Part shown: positions 9,741-18,204 of the stretch, one piece after another
Layout of the letters: the number at the start of each line of letters is the position of its first letter
Position numbering within the stretch: position 1 is the first letter of the stretch
The notes under the pieces: generated by a model
Database searches by the model: none
The model's input: only the letters and a program-made list of their open reading frames with translations
Told to the model about the DNA's origin: nothing
Made by a program: the position numbers and the translations under genes
Source of the DNA: Agathobacter sp.
Lineage (GTDB): Bacteria; Bacillota; Clostridia; Lachnospirales; Lachnospiraceae
DNA length: 37,967 nt
Direction: 5' to 3'
Assembly (NCBI GenBank): GCA_017407605.1
Contig: JAFQWG010000055.1
Coordinates: 1-37,967, forward strand

Positions 9741-10208
9741 TTATAATCGATTAAACTTGGTTATGTTTTCCTCGTTCAAAGTAAAATCATAATAATTCAA
9801 ATCTTCACGGTAAGTCCATCCTGCACTTTTCCAAAATGCATTTCCAATCACATTTTTCTTAAATGCAATAAGAGAAACCTTGTTGATTTGTTCCTCTTGT
9901 AAAGCCTTCATACAAAATACCGCCATCGCTTTACCAATACCACGTTTTCTGTAATCCTTATGCACACATACATGATAAAAACAACCTCTTCGTCCATCAT
10001 GTCCACAAAGAATTGCGCCTACAATCTTACCATCTGCTTCGGCAACTACACTTGTAGTTGGATTACGTTTGATAAAACGGACTACACCGTCATAGGAATC
10101 ATCTATCGAACGTATTCCAAATCCGTCAATCGACATCCAAAGGTTATATATTTTTTCATAGTCTTCTATTTGCATAACACGCAATGTGAAGTTATTTGTA
10201 TTACTCAT
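9741..10208 (-). CDS. GNAT N-acetyltransferase (YpeA-like), candidate N-acetylglutamate synthase
   Basis: GHDGRRG motif; AcCoA loop YRKRGIGK; N..GNAFW; lies between argC and argB. Function is inferred from position only. Confidence 0.85.
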   Translation of the reverse strand: MSNTNNFTLRVMQIEDYEKIYNLWMSIDGFGIRSIDDSYDGVVRFIKRNPTTSVVAEADGKIVGAILCGHDGRRGCFYHVCVHKDYRKRGIGKAMAVFCMKALQEEQINKVSLIAFKKNVIGNAFWKSAGWTYREDLNYYDFTLNEENITKFNRL

Positions 10209-10220
10209 ATTACTCTCTTT

Positions 10221-11276
10221 CTATGGGAACATTGGTACAAGCATAAGTCCCTCTGTCTCAGGTAGTCCAAATATAATGTTCATATTCTGAACAGCCTGCC
10301 CTGCTGCACCTTTTACTAAATTATCTAGTGCCCCCATCATGATGATTCGCCCTGTTCTTTCATCAATCATAAAGTTTACGTCAACGAAGTTGCTGCCTTC
10401 CACCCATTTTGTCTCTGGGCACTGACCTTTTTCCAACACTCGCACAAAAGTCTCGCCCTTATAATAAGTGTCATATACTGCTTTTACTTCTTCATAGGTT
10501 GGATATGTACCGTCCGCTTTTTTCTTAAGATTTGCATACTCTGTTACTAAAATACCACGATTCATTGGTACTAAGTGTGGTGTAAAGTTGATTAAAATCT
10601 CTTCTCCTGCTGCATATCCTAACTGTTCTTCAATCTCAGGCGTATGTCTATGGCTTGCAACACCATAAGCCTTCATGTTTTCGTTAACTTCACAAAACAG
10701 ATTTGGAAGTTTGGCACCTCGCCCAGCACCAGAGGTGCCAGATTTGGCATCAATAATTAATGTGTTTGCATCAATAAGTCCTTCTTTTACAAGTGGGTAT
10801 GCTGTTAAAATAGAGCATGTTGTATAACAACCTGGATTTGCTACCAAGCGTTTTCCTTTGATATCCTCTCTATTTACTTCACAAAGACCATATACTGCCT
10901 CTTCGATAAACTGTGGACTCTTATGCTCAATCCCATACCATTTTTCATAAATTGCCACATCCTTGATACGATAGTCAGCACTTAAATCTACAATCTTTAC
11001 TTTATTTAAGATATCCTCTGTAAGTACACCTGCAAGATACCCCTGTGGTGTTGCTGTAAAAATTACATCCACACGCGAAGCCAATTCTTCTATATTATCA
11101 TCTAAACATTTATCTTCTACAAGTTCGAACATGTTACGATATACATTTGCATAACTTTCATCTACATAACTTCTAGAACCGTACCATACAATCTCTACTT
11201 CCTTATGATTATAAAGAATGCGCACCAACTCTGCTCCTGCATATCCTGTTGAACCAATAATACCTGCTTTAATCAT
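10221..11276 (-). CDS. argC: N-acetyl-gamma-glutamyl-phosphate reductase
   Basis: GSTGYAG, DLSADYR, ANPGCY (catalytic Cys), SGTSGAGR, DNLVKGAAGQAVQN. Confidence 0.98.
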   Translation of the reverse strand: MIKAGIIGSTGYAGAELVRILYNHKEVEIVWYGSRSYVDESYANVYRNMFELVEDKCLDDNIEELASRVDVIFTATPQGYLAGVLTEDILNKVKIVDLSADYRIKDVAIYEKWYGIEHKSPQFIEEAVYGLCEVNREDIKGKRLVANPGCYTTCSILTAYPLVKEGLIDANTLIIDAKSGTSGAGRGAKLPNLFCEVNENMKAYGVASHRHTPEIEEQLGYAAGEEILINFTPHLVPMNRGILVTEYANLKKKADGTYPTYEEVKAVYDTYYKGETFVRVLEKGQCPETKWVEGSNFVDVNFMIDERTGRIIMMGALDNLVKGAAGQAVQNMNIIFGLPETEGLMLVPMFP

Positions 11277-11328
11277 ACCAACTACCTCTTTTCACGGGCT
11301 TCTTTTGATAGAAAAACCTACTTTACCT

Positions 11329-11357
11329 ATAATAGTACACGAATCCACTTTCGTAAA
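11329..11357 (-). promoter_or_regulatory. Putative sigma-A promoter of argC operon
   Basis: TTTACG (11357-11352) - 17 bp - TATTAT (11334-11329). Confidence 0.45.
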
Positions 11358-11375
11358 GCCCCTTTTTTGAACTTT

Positions 11376-11454
11376 TATGCATATTTATGCATATTTATCA
11401 CATTTTATACATTGTTTATGTATTTTTATACATCTTTTTGTATATTTTTTCACT
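11376..11454. promoter_or_regulatory. Tandem ARG boxes (ArgR/AhrC operators)
   Basis: 18-mers TATGCATATTTATGCATA (11376), TATCACATTTTATACATT (11396, weak), TATGTATTTTTATACATC (11417), TTTGTATATTTTTTCACT (11437); fit WNTGNATWWWWATNCANW, 20-21 bp period, between divergent arg genes. Confidence 0.8.
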
Positions 11455-11482
11455 TGCACTTACATAAAATAAGGTGTATAGT
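11454..11482 (+). promoter_or_regulatory. Putative sigma-A promoter of argG
   Basis: TTGCAC (11454-11459) - 17 bp - TATAGT (11477-11482); abuts the last ARG box. Confidence 0.6.
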
Positions 11483-11498
11483 GGTTTTATTCTATTAA

Positions 11499-11570
11499 AT
11501 GTGATGCGCATAGGCGCTCTCCCGAGATGAACATCCACTGGACGTTCACATCGGCATACTTGTGTAATAT
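11499..11570 (+). repeat. GC-rich structured palindromic element in argG 5' leader
   Basis: Hairpin CCGAGATGAACATCC-ACT-GGACGTTCACATCGG (11522-11554, 12/15 pairs) and mini-hairpin GCGC-ATAG-GCGC (11506-11517); an alternative outer stem 11499-11510/11561-11570 is possible. Confidence 0.5.
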
Positions 11571-11596
11571 AAAGGTTCGGAAAGGAAATAAATGTT

Positions 11597-12817
11597 ATGA
11601 GCAAAGAAAAAGTTGTATTAGCTTACTCAGGAGGTCTTGATACCACAGCCATTATTCCATGGTTAAAAGAAAATTATGATTATGAAGTTATCTGTTGCTG
11701 TATCGACTGTGGACAGGGAGAAGAATTAGATGGACTTGAAGAAAGAGCAAAACTTTCAGGTGCTACTAAACTCTATATTGAAGATATTACAGATGAATTC
11801 TGTGATGAATACATCATCCCTTGCGTACAGGCAGGTGCTGTATATGAAAACAAATACTTACTTGGCACATCTATGGCTCGTCCTGGTATCGCAAAGAGAC
11901 TCGTAGAAGTTGCTAGAAAAGAAGGTGCTACTGCTATCTGTCATGGTGCTACAGGTAAAGGAAATGACCAGATTCGTTTCGAACTTGGTATCAAAGCTTT
12001 AGCTCCAGACCTTAAAATCATCGCTGCATGGCGTCAGGATAATTGGACAATGCAGTCTCGTGAAGATGAAATCGAATACTGTAAAGCACATGGTATCGAC
12101 CTTCCATTCTCTGCAGACAACAGTTACAGCCGTGATAGAAACTTATGGCACATCAGCCATGAAGGTCTTGAACTTGAAGATCCTTCTGTAGAACCAAACT
12201 ACGACCACTTACTCGTGCTTAGCGTTTCTCCAGAAAAAGCCCCAGATGAAGGCGAATACGTGACTATGACATTTGAAAAAGGTGTTCCAAAATCAGTGAA
12301 TGGAAAGGAAATGAAAGTATCTGATATCATCCGTGAACTTAACAAATTAGGTGGAAAACATGGTATTGGTATCGTAGACATCGTAGAAAACCGTGTAGTA
12401 GGTATGAAATCTCGTGGTGTATATGAAACACCAGGTGGAACAATCCTTATGGAAGCACAGAAACAGTTAGAAGAACTCGTGCTCGATCGTGCTACTATGG
12501 AAGTGAAAAAAGATATGGGTAACAAGATGGCCCAGATTGTTTACGAAGGAAAATGGTTCACACCACTCCGCGAAGCAGTTCAGGCATTTGTAACCTCTAC
12601 TCAGGAATATGTAACTGGTGAAGTAAAATTCAAACTTTACAAAGGTAATATTATTAAAGCTGGAACTACTTCTCCATACTCACTTTACAGTGAATCACTT
12701 GCAAGCTTTACAACTGGTGATTTATATGACCACCACGATGCAGAAGGTTTCATTACATTATTTGGATTACCACTCAAGGTAAGAGCGATGAAACTTGCAG
12801 AAAATGAAAACAAATAA
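11597..12817 (+). CDS. argG: Argininosuccinate synthase
   Basis: [36 protein letters not shown]. Confidence 0.98.
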   Translation: MSKEKVVLAYSGGLDTTAIIPWLKENYDYEVICCCIDCGQGEELDGLEERAKLSGATKLYIEDITDEFCDEYIIPCVQAGAVYENKYLLGTSMARPGIAKRLVEVARKEGATAICHGATGKGNDQIRFELGIKALAPDLKIIAAWRQDNWTMQSREDEIEYCKAHGIDLPFSADNSYSRDRNLWHISHEGLELEDPSVEPNYDHLLVLSVSPEKAPDEGEYVTMTFEKGVPKSVNGKEMKVSDIIRELNKLGGKHGIGIVDIVENRVVGMKSRGVYETPGGTILMEAQKQLEELVLDRATMEVKKDMGNKMAQIVYEGKWFTPLREAVQAFVTSTQEYVTGEVKFKLYKGNIIKAGTTSPYSLYSESLASFTTGDLYDHHDAEGFITLFGLPLKVRAMKLAENENK

Positions 12818-12839
12818 TGAATTAAACTAGATTTCATTA

Positions 12840-12924
12840 AGGGATTACCATTTCATGTGGTAGTCCCTTTTCATTTGCATACTAACATAATAAAAAGGGA
12901 CTACCACATGAAATGGTAATCCCT
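12840..12924. repeat. Perfect 32-bp inverted repeat whose arms are each terminator hairpins
   Basis: AGGGATTACCATTTCATGTGGTAGTCCCTTTT (12840-12871) and its exact reverse complement (12893-12924), 21-bp spacer; each arm is a 10-bp stem plus U-tract facing the convergent genes. Confidence 0.9.
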
Positions 12925-12945
12925 CTAAAACTCTAATGTTTTTCA

Positions 12946-13815
12946 TTATTTGTTTTTCATTCTTTCTACAAGTTTTTCTTTTAGCTCGTGTGCACGCTTC
13001 TTGATATTACCGCCTGCAGTACGAGATACAATAAGACTGGATACGAAACGTGATGAGTAATCATATTTTCCTAAGTTAAATGCCATTGCAGCAATAAGCA
13101 AGTCTACTGTACTCTGATCCATACCACACATTGGGTAGTTTTCAGAAGACATTGCTTTTACAAAGCCTTCAAATGCCTGTGCATAGAAGCTTGCATATTC
13201 CTTCTGTGTTGCAATAATCGCTTCTTTATTCTTTTCTTTGTCTACTGCAAGTTCTTCCATCTTACCACGAAGAAGCCATGAAATCTTTAAGCATGCATAT
13301 GCCTTTTCACTATTCGAAGCCTTCTTTACAACAGATGTATAAAGCGCAAGCTTGAAAAGCTCAATTGCTTCATCATATGTATAAGTCTTAATCTCTGTGA
13401 TTTCCTGTGTAGGTGGAGTTTTAAACTTATCACATACACCTTCTTTAATCATCTTTGTCTGAAGTGATGATAAATGACCAAAGTAACGATTAATTGCAGT
13501 AAAACCACATTTTGGACATGTTGTAATATCATATTTGTTTGTATCAATATGTTCAAAACGTGGACGAAGGTCCATATCTGGTTCTTTTCTCTTTGTTCTA
13601 CCAGATTTAATCTGAATTGTACGGAATGTACCATCACAGATTGGACATCGTACTGCTTTTAATAAAAGGAAATCCTCTTCCTTTGGTGCTGCAATCTCTT
13701 TTGACACAGAACCATCTGCATTCTGTTTTGTAACAACATTTGCGTCCTCAAACAGATTGTTTGCAGCACCTTCATCTAATCCAAATTTTCCTAATCCTGA
13801 TAATAAATTATCCAT
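12946..13815 (-). CDS. DUF2225-like Zn-binding protein
   Basis: CPIC...CPKC pairs, DMDLRP, KAYACLKISWLLR and helical TPR-like C-terminus. Confidence 0.75.
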   Translation of the reverse strand: MDNLLSGLGKFGLDEGAANNLFEDANVVTKQNADGSVSKEIAAPKEEDFLLLKAVRCPICDGTFRTIQIKSGRTKRKEPDMDLRPRFEHIDTNKYDITTCPKCGFTAINRYFGHLSSLQTKMIKEGVCDKFKTPPTQEITEIKTYTYDEAIELFKLALYTSVVKKASNSEKAYACLKISWLLRGKMEELAVDKEKNKEAIIATQKEYASFYAQAFEGFVKAMSSENYPMCGMDQSTVDLLIAAMAFNLGKYDYSSRFVSSLIVSRTAGGNIKKRAHELKEKLVERMKNK

Positions 13816-13865
13816 CTTTTCCCCCGATTATTATTAGCGAGCGAATGCCCTATATTTTCTCTAAA

Positions 13866-15554
13866 CTATGCGTTGTTAGTTGGTAACTTAAATGAACTCT
13901 TTAAAGATACAATACGGTTAAATACTGGCTGTCCATCTACGGAATCCTTAGAGTCTGCGCAGAAGAATCCCTGACGTACAAACTGGTAACTATCATATGC
14001 CTTTGCTTCCATAAGAGCTGGCTCAACGATACAATTGTCAAGTACAGTGAGTGAATTTGGATTTAAGTTAAGGCTTCCATCCTCATTGTATACACCGAGT
14101 TCTTCGTTAATGAGATTTTCATAAAGACGAACGGTTACCTTCTTGCCGTATTCAGCTGATACCCAGTGAATCGTACCTTTTACTTTACGTCCATCTGGTG
14201 CATTACCACCCTTTGATTCTGGGTCATAAGTACAGTGGATGGTTGTAATATTACCATTTTCATCCTTATCTACACCAGTACAAGTTACAAGGTATGCATT
14301 CATAAGACGTACTTCATTTCCTGGATACATACGGAAGTATTTCTTTGGTGGTTCTTCCATAAAGTCTTCACGGTCGATGTAGAGTTCTTTTGTAAATGGA
14401 ACCTGACGTTTGCCAAGTTCTGGATTTTCTAAGTTGTTATCGATTTCAAGATAATCTACCTGTCCCTCTGGATAGTTGTCAATTACTACTTTGATAGGAT
14501 CAAGGATTGCCATCATACGAGGCTTTTTCATCTTCAAATCTTCACGGATACAGTATTCAAGCATTGCATAATCAACGGAACTGTTAGCTTTTGATACACC
14601 ACAGAGGTCTACGAACATTTTGATTGATTCTGGTGTAAAACCTCTTCTACGAAGTGCTGCAATAGAAACAAGACGTGGATCATCCCATCCGTCAACAATG
14701 CCATCTTCTACTAATTTCTTAATATAACGTTTACCTGTAACAACGTTTGTAAGATATAATTTTGCAAATTCAATCTGCTTTGGAGAATCTTCTGGAGTCT
14801 TCTTGTAACCAAGTTCAATTAAAACCCAGTCATAAAGAGGTCTATGATCTTCAAATTCCAAAGTACAGATAGAATGTGTAATTCCTTCTACTGCATCTTC
14901 AATTGGATGAGCAAAGTCATACATTGGATAGATGCACCATTTATCTCCAGCACTATGGTGTGTCATATGGGCTACACGATAGATAACTGGGTCTCGCATG
15001 TTGATATTAGATGATGACATATCGATACGAGCACGAAGCACCTTGCTTCCATCTTCAAATTCACCATTTTTCATACGAATGAAAAGGTCTAAATTTTCTT
15101 CTATACTACGTGTTGAATATGGGTCTTCTTTACCTGGCTCTGTTAAAGTACCTCTGTATTCTCTAATCTGTTCTGCAGTTAAGTCAGATACATATGCTTT
15201 TCCTTTTTTGATAAGCTCGATTGCACCTTCGTACATCTTGTCAAAATATTCAGATGCAAAATATAATCTGTCTTCCCAATCTGCTCCAAGCCAAGCTACG
15301 TCAGCCTTTATCGATTCTACGAACTCGATTTTTTCTTTTGTAGGGTTTGTATCATCAAAACGCATATTAAATTTTCCGCCGTATTTTTGAGCCAAACCAT
15401 AATTTATAAGGATAGCTTTTGCATGTCCAATATGAAGGTATCCGTTTGGTTCTGGTGGGAAACGTGTACAGATACTCTCACAATGTCCTTCGCTTAAGTC
15501 TTTTTCAATAATATTTTCAATGAAATTCTTGGAAACTACTGCTTCATTTTCCAT
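13866..15554 (-). CDS. glnS: Glutamine--tRNA ligase
   Basis: [62 protein letters not shown]. Confidence 0.97.
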   Translation of the reverse strand: MENEAVVSKNFIENIIEKDLSEGHCESICTRFPPEPNGYLHIGHAKAILINYGLAQKYGGKFNMRFDDTNPTKEKIEFVESIKADVAWLGADWEDRLYFASEYFDKMYEGAIELIKKGKAYVSDLTAEQIREYRGTLTEPGKEDPYSTRSIEENLDLFIRMKNGEFEDGSKVLRARIDMSSSNINMRDPVIYRVAHMTHHSAGDKWCIYPMYDFAHPIEDAVEGITHSICTLEFEDHRPLYDWVLIELGYKKTPEDSPKQIEFAKLYLTNVVTGKRYIKKLVEDGIVDGWDDPRLVSIAALRRRGFTPESIKMFVDLCGVSKANSSVDYAMLEYCIREDLKMKKPRMMAILDPIKVVIDNYPEGQVDYLEIDNNLENPELGKRQVPFTKELYIDREDFMEEPPKKYFRMYPGNEVRLMNAYLVTCTGVDKDENGNITTIHCTYDPESKGGNAPDGRKVKGTIHWVSAEYGKKVTVRLYENLINEELGVYNEDGSLNLNPNSLTVLDNCIVEPALMEAKAYDSYQFVRQGFFCADSKDSVDGQPVFNRIVSLKSSFKLPTNNA

Positions 15555-15591
15555 AATCTATATCCTCCTATACCGCTTCAAGCGACATATA

Positions 15592-15621
15592 ATTATACCA
15601 CTAATTATGCGAATGTGTAAA
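15592..15621 (-). promoter_or_regulatory. Putative glnS promoter (extended -10)
   Basis: TGG-TATAAT at 15600-15592; TTTACA at 15621-15616 (18-bp spacer) inside the upstream gene end. Confidence 0.45.
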
Positions 15622-16449
15622 GAGATGATCCTGACAATACTCTTTATTTCCCGTACATTTTGAACAGTAACGGAAATCAAGTTCTGGGTTACTCACCTCG
15701 GTACGCCCACAAATCACGCATTTATGTCTGGTAATACCAGAGCCTGGTCTTGGTGTACTTGCCATCTGTGCATGAAATTCTCTCTGCACCTTCTTTTGCT
15801 TTCTTGTAAGACGAATCTTAGAAAGACGGAAAAACATAAACAGATTAAGAAGCGCCAGGATAACCTGTGTCCCTAATACCGCAACAAGGATAATTCCGCC
15901 AGATGAATAGTATACATAAATCTCATATACCAATTCTACCAGATATACTACAAGCATCCATTTCATCTTGATTGGAATAAGAAAATACAGATGTACCGTT
16001 GCATCTGGCATACAAAGTGCAAGTGCCATAAACATTGACAACAAGATATAATAATTTGTCAAATATACAGGAAGTCCTATTCCAAGTACAAGGTGAGAGA
16101 GCACATACACTAAAATTCCTCCTACCACATTAAGCAGCATCCCTCCAATCAGATACACATTCATTCGGAAAGTCCCAAGGAACATTTCCAAATGACGGCC
16201 CATTGGAATAAGGCAGGCTAAAAACAAAAGCGTCATAATGCCACTTCCTGTAATACAAAATACCCAGGTAAATAATCTCCAAATCTGTCCCTGTAAAATA
16301 GCTGGGACAGAAAACTGTAGATATGACATACTCTCTGGTGAAATATAACTTAAAGCAAATCCGATAAAGTATGCAAACACGATATATTTATGCAGATTAT
16401 AAACCGCATATCTGCCCCATTTTCTTTCTAACTTTTGCATAAAATTCAT
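15601..16449 (-). CDS. Rhomboid-fold membrane protein lacking catalytic dyad, with C-terminal Zn finger
   Basis: GQIWRLFTW (rhomboid/Derlin WR motif); about 6 hydrophobic segments; no GxSG at the expected TM4 position; tail CVIC...CSKC...CQDH...HSH. Confidence 0.7.
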   Translation of the reverse strand: MNFMQKLERKWGRYAVYNLHKYIVFAYFIGFALSYISPESMSYLQFSVPAILQGQIWRLFTWVFCITGSGIMTLLFLACLIPMGRHLEMFLGTFRMNVYLIGGMLLNVVGGILVYVLSHLVLGIGLPVYLTNYYILLSMFMALALCMPDATVHLYFLIPIKMKWMLVVYLVELVYEIYVYYSSGGIILVAVLGTQVILALLNLFMFFRLSKIRLTRKQKKVQREFHAQMASTPRPGSGITRHKCVICGRTEVSNPELDFRYCSKCTGNKEYCQDHLFTHSHN

Positions 16450-16527
16450 ATATATAATACTTCCTTTTCTTTGAGTTCTTTTTAGGATTAAAACAATATA
16501 TCTTCCACCCCAAAAACCTTGCTTCTT

Positions 16528-16557
16528 ATTATAGGTTTGTTAGCTTCTTTTTGTCAA
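16528..16557 (-). promoter_or_regulatory. Consensus sigma-A promoter for rhomboid-like gene
   Basis: TTGACA (16557-16552) - 18 bp - TATAAT (16533-16528). Confidence 0.7.
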
Positions 16558-16623
16558 TCAACCTCTCCTATTTCATAAAATTTTCACTATTTAAAATTTC
16601 TTACAAAGTAAAATTTTGTCGCA

Positions 16624-16653
16624 TTGACAGAACCCTTGCATGCAATTTATAAT
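16624..16653 (+). promoter_or_regulatory. Consensus sigma-A promoter for DUF1622 gene
   Basis: TTGACA (16624-16629) - 18 bp - TATAAT (16648-16653); spacer contains palindrome TTGCATGCAA. Confidence 0.7.
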
Positions 16654-16719
16654 ATACTTATCATTTGCACGGACAGGCGGCACCTATCCAAATGTTTGTG
16701 CAACAAAGGGGGATTTCAT

Positions 16720-17070
16720 ATGTACGTTTTTATCGAAATAATGGATGTGGCATTACACTATATTGTTGAAATATGTACGATACTTTTGGAATTGTTTGGT
16801 ATTGCGGTTTTAGTATTTACCGCAGTCAAATGTTTTATCAAATGGATTAAAAGAGACCATCGTCACCTTCGTCTAAACCTCGCACAGGGCATTGCTCTCT
16901 CTCTCGAATTTAAAATGGGTAGTGAAGTGCTCCGTACAGTAGTTGTACGTGACTGGGAAGAACTTGGTATTTTAGGTGCAGTTATCCTTTTACGAGGATT
17001 GCTTACATTCTTAATTCACTGGGAAATCAAAAACGAAGAAAACGCAATAGAAAAAGAACCAGAAGCTTAA
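16720..17070 (+). CDS. DUF1622-like small membrane protein
   Basis: Start reassigned to ATG 16720 (AAGGGGGA RBS, downstream of promoter); LAQGIALSLEFKMGSEVLRT...LRGLLTFLIHWEI pattern. Confidence 0.75.
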   Translation: MYVFIEIMDVALHYIVEICTILLELFGIAVLVFTAVKCFIKWIKRDHRHLRLNLAQGIALSLEFKMGSEVLRTVVVRDWEELGILGAVILLRGLLTFLIHWEIKNEENAIEKEPEA

Positions 17071-17085
17071 TGCTTCTGGTTTTTT
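17057..17085. terminator. Intrinsic terminator, probably bidirectional
   Basis: AACCAGAAGC-TTAAT-GCTTCTGGTT followed by TTTT; A-run on the other side; overlaps the DUF1622 stop. Confidence 0.8.
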
Positions 17086-18193
17086 ACCTAAACGAGCTCT
17101 CATTATTCAATACACTTGTACTATATAAAAACAGCACATCTTGGCTATCAAATTCTACGAATTCACCAATCATATTTTCATTTAAATAACGAATGTCCAA
17201 CAGTGTTATCTTTGCATAATCTTCTACCATAAGTGGTGCAATGCTACTGCCAAAAGAATCTCTAAAAAGAACAAGTTCTTTATCTGTTGATGCATTTGGA
17301 TTCTCAACCGTAATCACAGACAACGAACCGGATAAATACATCTCATATCCATCACGGCCTATTGCCTTGTTCAAATCATAGACGGGAATCCCTCTCTGAT
17401 TTTCATGGTCGTACACCAAACAGTTTTCCAGCACATCACTATTTAAATATGTGAGGGTATCAGGTTCTACTGACAAAGCAGCTTGTCCATAATACACACC
17501 ATAAAAAGGTGTCTCAAGCGTAATCATCTCATAATCGGATTTTGAATTATTATGACCTGTTACCATACTATCCACAAGATACTCGGCTACATCTACGATA
17601 CATTCCTGTTTCCAATGGGTATCTGTACGGTAGTAATCCTCTATCGCAAGCAAATCTCTAATTTCAATATACGACATCTGACTCAGTTCATCAGTGACTT
17701 TATCATACAATTCGCCATAATCATATACTAAATATCCATTCTCTTTTGCCAGAAAATAATTCTTATCTGGAATAATCGATAAATACACATTTGTATCGGT
17801 ATCTTTCAAATAAGTATTGTATACAGAACTTAATTTATTTACCGAACGCTCTATTGCCACATCCGATATACTTGCATCCATTTGACTAAGATGCCCCTCT
17901 GCCAGATAGATTCCCTTATTATCAGACTGTCCTAATACATATTTCTGTATATTCGCTTTCACACTCCGGAATGTCTCTCTCATTGGAAACTGGTCAAGTG
18001 CATAGGTCTCAAACTTTTCCATAAAACTACCATCCAAGATAGTTTCCGCAGATACTTTCGGAAACTGTGTCAGCTCACGTCGCTCCGTTGCCGATATATC
18101 ATCCGCAGGTTTTAACCAGCAAATAATTGACAGTCCCAGTACAAAAGTCCCTACTATGAGCGAATAAATCATATCTATTTTTCTTTTTTCCAT
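17084..18193 (-). CDS. DHHW/AlgJ-AlgX-like extracytoplasmic O-acyltransferase
   Basis: N-terminal TM; ERRELTQFP; DQFPMR; IIPDK; YYRTDTHW (D-x-H); FRDSFG (catalytic Ser). Confidence 0.85.
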   Translation of the reverse strand: MEKRKIDMIYSLIVGTFVLGLSIICWLKPADDISATERRELTQFPKVSAETILDGSFMEKFETYALDQFPMRETFRSVKANIQKYVLGQSDNKGIYLAEGHLSQMDASISDVAIERSVNKLSSVYNTYLKDTDTNVYLSIIPDKNYFLAKENGYLVYDYGELYDKVTDELSQMSYIEIRDLLAIEDYYRTDTHWKQECIVDVAEYLVDSMVTGHNNSKSDYEMITLETPFYGVYYGQAALSVEPDTLTYLNSDVLENCLVYDHENQRGIPVYDLNKAIGRDGYEMYLSGSLSVITVENPNASTDKELVLFRDSFGSSIAPLMVEDYAKITLLDIRYLNENMIGEFVEFDSQDVLFLYSTSVLNNESSFR

Positions 18194-18204
18194 ATCTATA
18201 CCTC

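Noticed and set aside
11416-11604. 62-aa ORF in the argC-argG intergenic region as a leader peptide
   Set aside because: Antisense to argG, runs across promoter and ARG boxes, and has no Arg-codon cluster.
12840-12924. 32-bp palindromic repeat as a mini-CRISPR
   Set aside because: Only two copies, inverted rather than direct, 21-bp spacer, no cas genes.
15555-15600. T-box leader upstream of glnS
   Set aside because: Only 46 bp intergenic; no GGTGGNACCGCG motif or terminator.
16576-16617. CodY box in the AATTTT-rich divergent promoter region
   Set aside because: Best alignments have about 5 mismatches to AATTTTCWGAAAATT in very AT-rich DNA.
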